A DNA stretch of 62,851 bases, the filler included, from Octopus bimaculoides (lineage: Eukaryota): NCBI RefSeq assembly GCF_001194135.2. It is 5 parts of 5 records of this genome, joined end to end, with 100 filler letters (N's around TTAATTAATTAA, not from the genome) between each part and the next. Parts side by side here need not be neighbours in the genome. Positions count along the whole stretch, not along the records: positions 43,660 to 54,420 come from NC_069007.1; positions 54,521 to 61,027 come from NC_069005.1; positions 61,128 to 62,851 come from NW_026334425.1; 2 more parts are not named here. One strand, 5' to 3'. Of the stretch, positions 50,401 through 62,620 are shown in pieces (position 1 is the first letter of the stretch; the number at the start of each line of letters is the position of its first letter). A program made the translations under genes and the position numbers. The notes under the pieces were generated by a model, which saw nothing but the letters and a program-made list of their open reading frames with translations, was not told where the DNA came from and made no database searches.

Positions 50401-50534
50401 TCCGATTCATTATCGTTCACCACCTGCTTTTGTAGCTCATTCATTCTTTTCTTCGATATCTCCATATCTTCTGTTGAAAAACCTTCAAATTCGGAATCAC
50501 TGCTTGATAGCATGAAACTCCTCTCCATCTTCAA
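50401..50534 (-). pseudogene. N-terminus of a probable piggyBac transposase; rest in gap
   Basis: MKMERSFMLSSSDSEFEGFSTEDMEISKKRMNELQKQVVNDNESD, an acidic SDSEFEGF-type start, lying inside the TIRs. Confidence 0.55.
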
Positions 50535-51389
50535 AGTTGAAAGAAATTAACGCCGCAAAAAATGTGGGAAAAAATCTTCCAAAATTCCCTGAGTTCAAAT
50601 ATCAGGCCAAACAATGTGGGAGACAATAACTCAACTGTTTGCAAAGTGAAATCAGGTGTTTTAACGAATGTATTAACGAGATTTGGGTTCAAATATACAT
50701 TTAAATAACAATGGGTACTCTCGACCGGCTACGGCTGGGTTGGTCTAATGAACGGCCGGGTTAGTAACGAAAGGGTTAATGTTTCTGGGGGTAAAACTGC
50801 TCTTTAACATCAATAGACAGGTTTGTCACATGACTAGGCAGTATAAATCAAGGGAGGTAATTTCATTAGTGCTGTGGAGTTCCTTCCCTTCGTCTACTAA
50901 GTGTGACGGTCATCGCTACAGATTATCTTTAGAAATTATAGCCATTTAGGACGTTTCATATCCGGGATCATCATCATCGTCGTTTAACGTCCGTTTTTCA
51001 TGCTGGCATGGGTTGGACGGTTTAACTTATTTCGTTCAAGAAATTTTTTTTTTTTTGTTTTTCTCAAAAACGCTGGTTTAATTTCTTTAACGACTGTGTT
51101 TCTGTTTACTCACATACAGAGAGGGGTGTGGGGGTGTGCAAAACAAATTGGAAGATATGTTCCAGACAAACAAATCTTACATAAAATTATATTAGTGATT
51201 AGGTTTTATTATGCTCACTACATTAATTCTATTAATACAGACTTGCTGGATGATGGGGGGTGGGGTTGTAATTTTGTTTTAATGATTTTACTAATTTATT
51301 AACTTCTTTTAATTTTAGTCTCTGAAATTCAACTTCACTTCTGGCCTTTATGTTCCTGGATCAGTAAGTATTCTTTTATACTACTCAAC

Positions 51390-51665
51390 CATAAGGCTGT
51401 GGTCATGCTGGGGCACCGCCAGTATATTAATGATTTAATTACTCTTTTACTTGTTTCAGTCGCTTGACTGCGGCCATGCTGGAGCACTGCCTTTAGTCTT
51501 ACAAATCAACCCCAGGACTTACTCTTTTGCTAAACCACTAAGTTATGGGGACATAAACACACCAACATCGGTTGTCAAGCGATGGTGGAGGGACAGACAC
51601 AAACATACATATATATATATATATATATAAACATAATTAAGGAATCATATATTTCACGGGCTTCT
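51390..51665 (-). mobile_element. Partial SINE family C
   Basis: GCGGCCATGCTGGAGCACTGCC..CATCGGTTGTCAAGCGATGGTGG..CACGGGCTTCTT. Confidence 0.8.
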
Positions 51666-51669
51666 TCAC

Positions 51670-51868
51670 TTTCCATGCTGGTATGGGTTGGACGGTTTGA
51701 CTGAGGACTGGCAAGCCAAGAGGATGCACCAGGCTCCAGTCTGATTTAGCAAGCTTTCTACAGCTGAATGCCCTTCTTAACACCAACCACTCCGAGTGTG
51801 TAGTGGGTGCTTTTTACGTGCCGCCAGTCAGGTGGCACTGGCATTTGCCATGCTCGAATGGTGCTTTT
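51670..51868 (-). mobile_element. Partial SINE family D
   Basis: Matches 45515-45860. Confidence 0.8.
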
Positions 51869-52513
51869 TTGCAAAATGAGAAAAAAGCAAAAGATGGAGC
51901 CTTTCAGACAATGAATATTTAAATTCAAATATGTGGATATTTATGTTAATAGGTCGAATCTACACAGAGTAAAAACGACAGAAAATTAAAGGGGTGAAAG
52001 AAAGGTATTATAAGTCCGACANNNNNNNNNNNNNNNNNNNNNNNNNNNNNNNNNNNNNNNNNNNNNNNNNNNNNNNNNNNNNNNNNNNNNNNNNNNNNNN
52101 NNNNNNNNNNNNNNNNNNNNNATTTGTTCGTGGTCGGACAGATTGCATTTCCCTTTTTCGAAAATCGAAGTAAGAAGGGCAAAAAACCCCCCAAAAAAAA
52201 CAATAATGGAATAAAACTCCTTGCTCTAATATGCTAATATGACCCCTACATCACCGGATATCGACATTTCCCAAATCCCACTTGATTAAATCATTATGCT
52301 ATTCTTCTGTTGATGTTTCTGTTATTTATTTATTTATTTATTATCTTTTATATTATTAAGCAGTTATAATTTATTTATTTTTTAATGCATTGATTTATGT
52401 AATATTGGTTTATTGATTTGGTGATCTTTTAATTATCTATTTACATAATTATACATTTATACGTTCAAGACATTCGTTCAATCTTGATAAAAAAAAATCA
52501 TAATTTTAACATC

Positions 52514-52565
<52 letters not shown>

Positions 52566-53206
52566 TTTTAAAAGGATTGACGTAACTCTCCACAACGGTA
52601 AACAGTCAAGACGAAAAGCGTGATGCGATTGCAATAGATGCTTTATTGGTTGAACGATATTTCGACAGCAAGCCTGTCTTTGTGGAGTTCAAAATAAGAA
52701 GTGATAAAAATTCAAAATTATAGAAATTCAAATCTAAAGTATGAACGNNNNNNNNNNNNNNNNNNNNNNNNNNNNNNNNNNNNNNNNNNNNNNNNNNNNN
52801 NNNNNNNNNNNNNNNNNNNNNNNNNNNNNNNNNNNNNNNNNNNNNNNNNNNNNNNNNNNNNNNNNNNNNNNNNNNNNNNNNNNNNNNNNNNNNNNNNNNN
52901 NNNNNNNNNNNNNNNNNNNNNNNNNNNNNNNNNNNNNNNNNNNNNNNNNNNNNNNNNNNNNNNNNNNNNNNNNNNNNNNNNNNNNNNNNNNNNNNNNNNN
53001 NNNNNNNNNNNNNNNNNNNNNNNNNNNNNNNNNNNNNNNNNNNNNNNNNNNNNNNNNNNNNNNNNNNNNNNNNNNNNNNNNNNNNNNNNNNNNNNNNNNN
53101 NNNNNNNNNNNNNNNNNNNNNNNNNNNNNNNNNNNNNNNNNNNNNNNNNNNNNNNNNNNNNNNNNNNNNNNNNNNNNNNNNNNNNNNNNNNNNNNNNNTT
53201 AACATC

Positions 53207-53257
<51 letters not shown>

Positions 53258-53258
<1 letters not shown>

Positions 53259-53596
53259 GTGGGGGAGCATCATTGCCATTTGTTGAGAAGAATTCTTTTG
53301 GGTTTGAATAATTCACCTTTGGAAACATGGGTGTTTTGCTCAACATCCTTAAACAAACCTTATTCAGAGACCTTTTGAGCAGGATGGGCTACGCGACCTG
53401 AAGAAAATTCTAACTGGGCCCCACCTGCAAGGTCATGCGCTGTTTATCTTGATATGAGATCCCTATGTCGCGCACATATGGTTGTGATTTATGTTCCTGG
53501 CGTACCCTTATCAGACAGGTAGTCATGATGGGTATATTGGGCTTCGCATATTTTACCCCAGAGTCACTTTGATGGCATGCACTGCTCTCTCATTCA
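53258..53596 (+). mobile_element. (AAT)n-embedded repeat, copy 2 (truncated at its left end)
   Basis: Matches the right-hand ~340 bp of 39656-40144; (AAT)n on both sides. Confidence 0.88.
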
Positions 53597-53597
53597 A

Positions 53598-53640
<43 letters not shown>

Positions 53641-53649
53641 GTAATAAGT

Positions 53650-53965
53650 GAGTGTCTTGTTAGTCCACTTTCACGAGCTGCTTGGCGTGTTGATTTTTGC
53701 AGGCTGCGATTAAACAAACATGTCCTGCACTGTTGCCACGCTCTCCGCTGATCGGGATGTGGTCGGACGGTCACTTCTTCTTGAATCGTTCACAGAGCTC
53801 GTAGTCATCAGCCTTGCATGACAATTTTTATTGTCTCCGGATGTAGTATTGCATGCTCACCTTCCCTGTGTACGCCACCATCTCTGAACGAAAAACAATG
53901 AAATTTCACACTTCATTGCGCGCTGTTATCTTAACTCGCTCCTGAACAGTCGAGCGACCAGCCAT
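53650..53965 (-). mobile_element. N-terminal fragment of a Tc1/mariner-superfamily transposase
   Basis: With frameshifts: MAGRSTVQERVKI..QRWWR..ETIKNCHARLMTTSSVNDSRRSDRPTTSRSAESV..KSTRQAARESGLTRHS (HTH and GRP-like linker). Confidence 0.7.
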
Positions 53966-54100
53966 CTGGAAAATGTGTTGTTGTTGGCACTCTGTCGCTT
54001 TCGGGGTCGTTAAAGAAGTAACTACCAGTTAACCATTGGGGGTCAATGAAATCGACTTAGCTCCACTCGAAATTGCTGGCCTTGTACCTATATTTGAAAC

Positions 54101-54144
<44 letters not shown>

Positions 54145-54520
54145 GAACAGAAATAACTTTATTTCTGTATCTTACAATACATCTCAACGCTTCTAAAAAA
54201 AAAAGAACAAACTTTGCTTGTTTACTTTCATCGTAAAGTTGAATTTAACGTTAGCGTCTTATGAAGCTAAATTTATAAGTTCTAAAATTGCAGGAGAATT
54301 CATTGCTGGGCAGTTTGGTTTAATGGTAAAACACTTGACGCGTAATCGCAGAGATGTGTGTTCGTGTCTCATGGCTGGCCGGCAACGTATTTTTCTGCAT
54401 TATATGGATAATTTATCCTGNNNNNNNNNNNNNNNNNNNNNNNNNNNNNNNNNNNNNNNNNNNNTTAATTAATTAANNNNNNNNNNNNNNNNNNNNNNNN
54501 NNNNNNNNNNNNNNNNNNNN

Positions 54521-54599
<79 letters not shown>

Positions 54600-54600
<1 letters not shown>

Positions 54601-54810
54601 AGGCTGCGAGTCGGCAGAATTGTTAGCATGCTGGGTAAAATGCTTAGCAGTATTTCGTCCATCATTATGTTCTGAGTTCAAATTCCACTGAGGTTGATTA
54701 TGCCTTTCATCCTTTTGGGGTTGATAAAATAAAGTACCATTTGAGCTCTAAGGTCATTGTAATCAACATACCCACTCTTCTGAAATTATTGACCCTGTAT
54801 GAAAATTTGG
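54600..54810 (+). mobile_element. SINE family B copy
   Basis: AAGGCTGCGAGTCGGCAGAATTGTTAGC head, TGAGTTCAAATTCC B box, core. Confidence 0.85.
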
Positions 54811-55559
54811 AACCTATAAACATACATACACCCATACACATGCACACAGTCGGCTTACGCCCTATTTCCACTTACCAAATTCTCTCAACAAGGCATGAAT
54901 CATAATCAACCCAAGGCTATAGTAGAAGACACTTGTCCACTTGCCCAAGATGCTGACCAGTGGGACCGATCCCAAAAAACCATGTGGTTGCATAGTATAC
55001 TTGCTAACCAAACAACCATGCTTGTATCTACAGACGATTTCCTTAAAACGGAAGCAAACACACAGCATGGCCTTGTGTGTGATGGAAAAAGGAAAAATCA
55101 ATTTTTTTTTACTCTTACAACTATTAACAATGACTTTTGGTAGTCTATTTCAATTAGTAGTAATTAAATTGGATTATTGGCAGTAATTGATAATTAGTTT
55201 CAAGTAGCTTAGTTAGTCGCTTGGTCAATTCTATAAAGACAGGCCGTGTAGCTGAGTAGAGCTGATGATGCTGCCCTACCCTCCCACCTCTATTCTACAG
55301 CCTGACTCTTGTCCCCCCACCCCACCCTGGACTCGTTTTATCAATCGACACTTCAAACGTCAAATTGCCTTTGCCACAATTCGAAACCAGATAGCTGAGA
55401 GGCACAGAATTAGAAGATGCTGCTGCTGTTGTTGATGATGATGATGATGGTTTCTAATTTAGGTACCAGGCCAGCAATCTCGAGGAGAATGACTTGGTCA
55501 ATACCATTAACCCCAGTACGCAACCGGTACATCTATCGTTTTTTTTTCTCTTTTTACCT

Positions 55560-55870
55560 GTTTCAGTCATTAGACTGCGACCATGCTGGGGCACCGCCTT
55601 GAAGAATGTTAGTCAAACATATAGACCCAGAACTATTTTTCTAATTAAGCCTGGTACCTCTTCTATCAGTCTCTTTTCGCTGAACCACTAAGTTACAGGG
55701 ACATAAACACACCAACACCAGTTGTCAAGCAGCGGGGGAGGGACAAACACAAAGGTACACACACACATACATATACATACATACATACATACACAATGAG
55801 CTTCTTTCAGTTTCTTTCTACCAAATCCCTTCACAAGACTTTGGTTGACCTGAAGCTATGGTAGAAGACA
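55560..55870 (-). mobile_element. SINE family C copy
   Basis: Matches 1263-1646. Confidence 0.8.
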
Positions 55871-55939
55871 CAGATCCTGAACAAATGCCACAAAGTATTT
55901 TGACAACCCCATAACGTTTGTTAGCTCATTGCCTTAATG

Positions 55940-55989
<50 letters not shown>

Positions 55990-56200
55990 CCTTTCTATTA
56001 TAGACACTAGGCCTGCAATTTGGGGGAAGGGGATAGTCAACTACATCAACCCTAGTACTCAACAAGGCACTTAATTTATTGACGTCGAAAAGATGAAAAG
56101 CAAAGACAACCATGGCAGAATTTGAACTCAGAATGCAGCAATAGACAAAATACAGCTAAGCATTTCGCCCAATGTGCTAACAATTCTGCCAGCTCACCGC
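55990..56200 (-). mobile_element. SINE family B copy
   Basis: Reverse complement of head, core and second tail type; flanked by (AAT)n. Confidence 0.8.
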
Positions 56201-56242
56201 CTTTACAATAATAATAATGATAATAATAATAATAATAATAAT

Positions 56243-56716
56243 ATCCTGATGCAGTACTAGGCAGTGGCTCTCATAGCTTCTGATCTTAACTGATTGGAAG
56301 TGTTATTATGTACATGTGTCAAAGATGGTCTACAGCGAATATTCTGCTTAATACCACAGATTTGCTTGTCAGTTGTTTGACCATAACCAACTGAACATGT
56401 CCCTTAGGGGCTAACAATATGTGCATCTCTGATGATGAGCAGGAATAGTGGAGGAGCATCATAGCCATGTCTTGAGAGGAATTCTTTGGGGTTTGAATTC
56501 TGGAAACATGGTTGCTTCGTCCATCATCCTTAAACAAACCTTATTCAGGGATCTTTCGAAAGGGACGGGCTACTAGACCTGAAGAAAATTCTAACTGGGC
56601 CCCACCTGCTAGGTCATGCACTGTTTATCTCAGTATGAGATCACAATGTCATGCACATATGGTTGTGATGCATGTGCCTGGTGTACTCTTATCAGACGGG
56701 TAGTCATGGTGGGTAC
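56243..56716 (+). mobile_element. (AAT)n-associated repeat, copy 3 (longest left end, right end replaced)
   Basis: Matches 39656-40144; (AAT)n on the left side. Confidence 0.85.
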
Positions 56717-57356
56717 ATTGGTTAGAAACAAGGAGAAGCACATTGGACATTGTAGTCCTACATATACATTAAACCCCTTAGATGAGATGGTTATGTCTCA
56801 AACGCACTCGGTCATAGGTCTGTTTGATTAAGGTTGACCTGGGGCTAAACAGCACCACAACTACATCCACCAATACCAATAACAACAATAACAATGCCTA
56901 CAACACCAACAACAACAACAACAAATTACTGTAGCTATCAATTGTCTGCCAGTCGACTTAATGCCATCCATTTATAGAAGTTATTAACTGAAGTAGTTCT
57001 ATTAGCTACAACAGAAATGACTGTTACCATGGAGAAAGCTTGTTTTCTTTTTTGTCTTTTTTTCAAAAGACCTTAATGACGATGCCATCATTATCAACAT
57101 CATCATCAACATCACTGTTTTAACATCCACTTTCCACCTTCCTGGTGATCCTGCAAACACAATGCCAATAACCTGTTGTTGCTCTCCTACCCCAACATAT
57201 ATAACATCTCTGGTGATCTCATATATGTAACAGAGTTGATGTCTTCCAACTGTGATAACTATCAACACTAACAAAATTAATAATCTTTTTTGACTTTGGT
57301 CAATAAGTATTATTTCCTACTAGCTGACCACGTGCCATCAAAAATGACGGCTAATT

Positions 57357-57524
57357 GCAGGAGTGGCTGTGTGGTAAGTAGCTTGCTTACCAACCACATG
57401 GTTGCGGGTTCAGTCCCACTGCGTGGCACCTTGGGTAAGTGTCTTCTACTATAGCCTCAAGCCGACCAAAGCCTTGTGAGTGGATTTGGTAGATGGAAAC
57501 TGAAAGAAGCCCGTCGTGTATATG

Positions 57525-57564
<40 letters not shown>

Positions 57565-57780
57565 CTTGTGTGTCTGTGTTTGTTCCCCCAACATTGCTTG
57601 ACAACCAATGCTGGTGTGTTTACATCCCCGTAACTTAGCGGTTCGGCAAAAGAGACTGATAGAAATAAGTACTAGGCTTACAAAGAATAAGTCCTGGGGT
57701 CGATTTGCTCGACTAAAGGCAGTGCTCCAGCATGGCCGCAGTCAAATGACTGAAACAAGTAAAAGAGTAAAGAGAGTAAA
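57357..57780 (+). mobile_element. SINE family C, full length
   Basis: A box TGGCTGTGTGG, B box GGTTCAGTCCC, CORE-like CCTTGGGTAAGTGTCTTC, internal (TA)(TG)n, tail GGCAGTGCTCCAGCATGGCCGCAG. Confidence 0.92.
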
Positions 57781-57994
57781 TAAGGTTCATAATAATCACA
57801 CATACTTCCCTTGTACATGCACACACATATACTCACACAGAGTTAAAACACTGACTTTTTTATTCCACCCCTTCCTTTCTCTCATTGCTATTACTTTCTC
57901 TCACTTCCTCTCGGTCAGGGCTATTACACTCACTACTTCTCCTTCACTGAATTACTATTTACTCTCCTCCTCTGTGTCCGGCATGATTCTGGAC

Positions 57995-58248
57995 AAATCA
58001 TCATCATTGTTTAACATCCGCTTTCCATGCTAGCATGGGTTGGACGATTTGACTGAGGACTGGTGAACCAGTTGGCTCCAATCTGATTTGGCAGAGTTTC
58101 TACAGCTGGATGCCCTTCCTAATGCCAACCACTCCGAGAGTGTAGTGGGTGCATTTACATGCCACCAGCACGAAGGCCAGTCAGGCAGTACCAGCAACAG
58201 CCACACTCAAAATGGTGTATTTTACATGCCACCTGCACAGGAGCCAAT
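57995..58248 (-). mobile_element. SINE family D copy
   Basis: Matches 45515-45860. Confidence 0.82.
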
Positions 58249-58339
58249 ATATATAAAGAAAAACACTATGTTCATTAATATATTAGGAGATTTGCTTCTA
58301 GCTAGATATCAAAGGAAATAACTACTATTCCCTTCAAAC

Positions 58340-58490
58340 TTTGCGTAGTTAAGAGGCTCACTTTGCAACCATGTGGTTTTTGGTTCAGTTCCACTGTGTA
58401 ACACCTTGGGCAAGTGTTTTCTGCTATAGCCCCAGGCTGGCCAATACTTTGTGAGTGAATTTGGTAGGCAGAAACTGTGTGGAAACCTAT
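58340..58490 (+). mobile_element. Degenerate 5' part of SINE family C
   Basis: CACCTTGGGCAAGTGTTTTCTGCTATAGCC..GTGAGTGAATTTGGTAG. Confidence 0.7.
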
Positions 58491-58795
58491 AATATGTGAG
58501 TGTATACATACATACACACACTCTAATATGAGTATTCTCATCCTAAATGGAAACAGGTACCAGCACTTCCACATGACACACTTGGATAATTGTGAAGATC
58601 TTTATGCATAAAACCATTGGTTGCCTTCTTAACCCACAAATAAAGTGTCTGTATATATATATGTGTGTGTGTCGGCATACATGCATGTGTGTGTATATAT
58701 ATATGTATATGTGTGTATACACACACACACATTTATATATATACATGTGTATATATATATGTATATGTATGTATACACACACACTCATTTATATA

Positions 58796-58836
<41 letters not shown>

Positions 58837-58859
58837 CTTTGTGTGTGTCATTCTGTCTG

Positions 58860-59055
58860 TATTTGTCACACAGGCCCACCAACACATAAGTAGTGTTGGT
58901 CTGTTTAACTTAACAGTTCAATGAAAGAAACCAACAGAATAAGTGCCAGACTTTAAAAATTTTTTTTTAAAAAACAGGAAAACCCCCCCAGAGAAAACAC
59001 AGGATCGATTTGTTTCACTAAAACCCTTCAAGGCAGTGCCCCAGCATGGCCGCAG
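58860..59055 (+). mobile_element. Degenerate 3' part of SINE family C
   Basis: AGAATAAGTGCCAG..AAGGCAGTGCCCCAGCATGGCCGCAG running into the gap. Confidence 0.7.
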
Positions 59056-59557
59056 NNNNNNNNNNNNNNNNNNNNNNNNNNNNNNNNNNNNNNNNNNNNN
59101 NNNNNNNNNNNNNNNNNNNNNNNNNNNNNNNNNNNNNNNNNNNNNNNNNNNNNNNNNNNNNNNNNNNNNNNNNNNNNNNNNNNNNNNNNNNNNNNNNNNN
59201 NNNNNNNNNNNNNNNNNNNNNNNNNNNNNNNNNNNNNNNNNNNNNNNNNNNNNNNNNNNNNNNNNNNNNNNNNNNNNNNNNNNNNNNNNNNNNNNNNNNN
59301 NNNNNNNNNNNNNNNNNNNNNNNNNNNNNNNNNNNNNNNNNNNNNNNNNNNNNNNNNNNNNNNNNNNNNNNNNNNTTCTGAATGGCATAATCAATGTGAA
59401 AGAATAATACGTACGGGTGTGTGTGTGTGTGCGTAGGTGGATGTATGCATATGCAGGCAAATGGACAGACACACATGTATAAACATATGCATATGCGAAC
59501 ATATGTACACATGTGTTTATGTATGCACACCCATATATACATAATCATTATATACAA

Positions 59558-59594
<37 letters not shown>

Positions 59595-60464
59595 CTCGCA
59601 AATACATATACATACATTGTATACATTTGTGTGTATGTGTACTTCTATGTATATAATGTGTAAGTATATGTATGTGTGCATATGAAATATACATATATAT
59701 ACATATGTGAGTGAACATATGTGTGTGTGTGTATATATATATATATATGCTCACATTATATAGACATCTACATGGTTATATGCACATATATACATGTACA
59801 GGGTTATATACATACATTACACACACATTACAAGTGTGTGTGTGTGTATATAAAAACAGCTAGCATCCAACTTTCCATGGATGGATAGTAAGATTAAAAA
59901 TCACACAATTAACACCAGCAAAACAGTACGAAGTAAAAAAGAGACAGGCAAACAAACAAAACACATGTTCACAGATAGCAGTTGTCTGGAAAAGCAGAGA
60001 AATACAAAGCAAAACTACAACAACCAAAGAGGTGTACAATGAAGATAAATATATCAAAGGAAGGAACAGAAGAAAGAATGTAATGTTTCAGGTGATATCT
60101 TTATCAAAGAGAAGAAAAAGGATTAAAAGAAGAAAGAGAAAAAGAAAAAAATATACAATGTTTTTCTGAGCGAATACTGCTTCCTTTGCTATAAACTTTT
60201 AGCTGGCCTGTTGGCTATCATTAACACCAGTGATTTGTTAATCACTGTTTTTCTATATCAGTAGAGGCTAAGAGTATCTAAGCATGCATTTGCTAATAGA
60301 TACATGCTATTGACAATGCTCAAAGACACAGAAATCTATATTTAACATTTCTACTGCAGCTGCTGATATACTTGTGTGCTTTTTAGCACTATATGTCTAC
60401 ACATAATATTTACTCAAGATGAATTCTGCAGTTGTTTGGCCTGGCCTTGCACAATATATCCACA

Positions 60465-60697
60465 TTATCCCATTAGCATTTAAATTGGCCATATCCGGCC
60501 AAAATATATATTCTCCCTGTTCTATGTTCAAACTGGCCAGGTCCTGCCTATCACACCTACCCTACAATGTCAACATAAAATAAACAATCGTATCACTGAA
60601 AGCTCAAACCAATGAGAAATGATAAATACTTGATTAAAAAAAAAGGTGAATAAATAAGCATTACATTTGACAGATAATCCGAATGCTAAAGGGTTAG
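60465..60697. mobile_element. piggyBac-like MITE
   Basis: Degenerate TIRs TTATCCCATTAGCATT / AATGCTAAAGGGTTAG. Confidence 0.6.
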
Positions 60698-60773
60698 ATA
60701 AGATATACAGAATACAGAATTCTTTCACAAATCTGCCTTGTAAACAGACGTCTTAACCCTTAAACCTTTAAAC

Positions 60774-60972
60774 CATGCATGGGCAACCTGTGGCCCTTGA
60801 CGAGTTTCTAGGCTGCTAATTTCATATTAAGACAAATAAATTGAGAACTGCAAAAAATTCAGTGTAAAGTGGACAAGTAATATTTCTTGCATATGTGTTT
60901 TATCATGTGGCCCTCTCCCACTTGGAAATGGTACGATGCAGTCTCCAGTTGAGAAAAAGTTACCTGTCCCTG
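60774..60972. mobile_element. hAT-type MITE with perfect 8-bp TSD
   Basis: TSD CTTTAAAC at 60766-60773 and 60973-60980; termini CATGCATGGGCAACC / GTTACCTGTCCCTG. Confidence 0.82.
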
Positions 60973-60995
60973 CTTTAAACTGACCATATCCAACC

Positions 60996-61027
<32 letters not shown>

Positions 61028-61134
61028 NNNNNNNNNNNNNNNNNNNNNNNNNNNNNNNNNNNNNNNNNNNNTTAATTAATTAANNNNNNNNNNNNNNNNN
61101 NNNNNNNNNNNNNNNNNNNNNNNNNNNACGGGAT

Positions 61135-61424
61135 TGGTGATGGTGGTGGTGGTGGTGGTGGTGGTGGTCATGATGAGGATGATGATCATCATCATCATCA
61201 TTACCATCATCATCATTACGATGATAGTGTCGGATAAGGATAATGACGAGGTTGCTGCTGATGAGGAGAAGGAGGATGGATAAGAGGAAGAGGAAGCTGA
61301 TGATAACGACGGCGAGGGTTATCATGATGATAGTGGCGATGATGATGATGATGAGGATGATGTTGGTGTCAATGTTTATGATAGGAAATGTGATGATGCC
61401 GACCAAAATGTTAGCAGCAGCAAC

Positions 61425-61475
<51 letters not shown>

Positions 61476-61539
61476 GGTGGTGGTGGTAGTAGTAGTTNNN
61501 NNNNNNNTGGTGGTGGTGGTGGTGGTGGTAGTAGTAGTT

Positions 61540-61575
<36 letters not shown>

Positions 61576-62368
61576 TCTTAGTGGTAAAGGTGTTGAGTAT
61601 GGTCTTAGTGGTGATGGTGCTTGCATAGGTTGTGGTAGTAGTGGTCAGTGTTGTTATTGGTGGTGGTGGTGGTGGTGGTAGTGGGTGTTGGGGTAGTAGT
61701 TGTAGTGGTGATGATGATAATGTCGATTGATAGAGCTGCTCATGCTGAGGGTGGGAGTGCTGGCTGTGTTGATGAGGTTGGCAATCGCAGAGGAGCCAGC
61801 ACCAGTGGTACAAACGATGGCGGTGTCGTTGGAACCAGGTTGTAGTGGCGGTGGTAGTGTTGGTGGTGTTGTTGTTGTTGTTGGTGGTGGTGTTTGTGAT
61901 GGTGTTAGTGGTGGTGGTAGTGTTGGTAGTAGTGGTGGTCATTTNNNNNNNNNNNNNNNNNNNNNNNNNNNNNNNNNNNNNNNNNNNNNNNNNNNNNNNN
62001 NNNNNNNNNNNNNNNNNNNNNNNNNNNNNNNNNNNNNNNNNNNNNNNNNNNNNNNNNNNNNNNNNNNNNNNNNNNNNNNNNNNNNNNNNNNNNNNNNNNN
62101 NNNNNNNNNNNNNNNNNNNNNNNNNNNNNNNNNNNNNNNNNNNNNNNNNNNNNNNNNNNNNNNNNNNNNNNNNNNNNNNNNNNNNNNNNNNNNNNNNNNN
62201 NNNNNNNNNNNNNNNNNNNNNNNNNNNNNNNNNNNNNNNNNNNNNNNNNNNNNNNNNNNNNNNNNNNNNNNNNNNNNNNNNNNNNNNNNNNNNNNNNNNN
62301 NNNNNNNNNNNNNNNNNNNNNNNNNNNNNNNNNNNNNNNNNNNNNNNNNNNNNNGGTGGTGGTGAGGG

Positions 62369-62406
<38 letters not shown>

Positions 62407-62620
62407 GTGATGATAATGATAGTTTTGGTGGTGGTGGTGGTGGTGGTGGTAGTGGTAGTGGTGGTGGTGGTGGTGGAGGTAACTATGATAATGACGATAA
62501 TGATAATGATGATTGTAGTGCTGACGATGATGGTGGTGATGATGTTGATGACGATAATGATGATGACAAAATGACGGTGATGAACGATGGTGATGGTGGC
62601 AGTGGTGGAGGTCGTGGTCT
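61135..62620. repeat. Trinucleotide low-complexity region (GGT/GAT/GTA) with gaps
   Basis: Directly visible, with short non-repetitive islands. Confidence 0.9.

Larger units (their letters stand above)
48938..50775 (-). mobile_element. piggyBac-like element with TTAA TSDs; interior partly in gap
   Basis: Perfect 14-bp TIRs CCCTTTCGTTACTA, TTAA at 48934-48937 and 50776-50779; acidic transposase-like N-terminus next to the gap. Confidence 0.75.

Noticed and set aside
51118-51302. Strong acceptor (TTTACTCACATACAG) as a possible next UIF-like exon
   Set aside because: The phase-0 frame gives no recognisable UIF C-terminal motif and no clear donor.
20865-53378. Long ORFs consisting mostly of X
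   Set aside because: Artefacts of reading through N gaps.
53975-53999. 24-bp family A SINE tail beside the Tc1-like fragment, first read as the partner LINE end
   Set aside because: Adjacent sequence translates as a DNA-transposase N-terminus, so this is only a tiny truncated SINE piece.
55301-55435. Acceptor-like site followed by a 44-codon frame (PDSCPPTPPWTRFINRHFKR..)
   Set aside because: Runs into a trinucleotide repeat, with no homology recognised and no donor.
741-59754. Many ORF-track entries rich in YI/CV/HT/RE or poly-I/poly-Y
   Set aside because: Translations of (TA)n, (TG)n, (GA)n and (AAT)n microsatellites.
18644-61083. Identical TTAATTAATTAA islands inside N gaps (about 18644, 43604, 54465, 61072)
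   Set aside because: Palindromic all-frame-stop 12-mer, always centred between N runs of similar length; most likely an assembly spacer, not biology.
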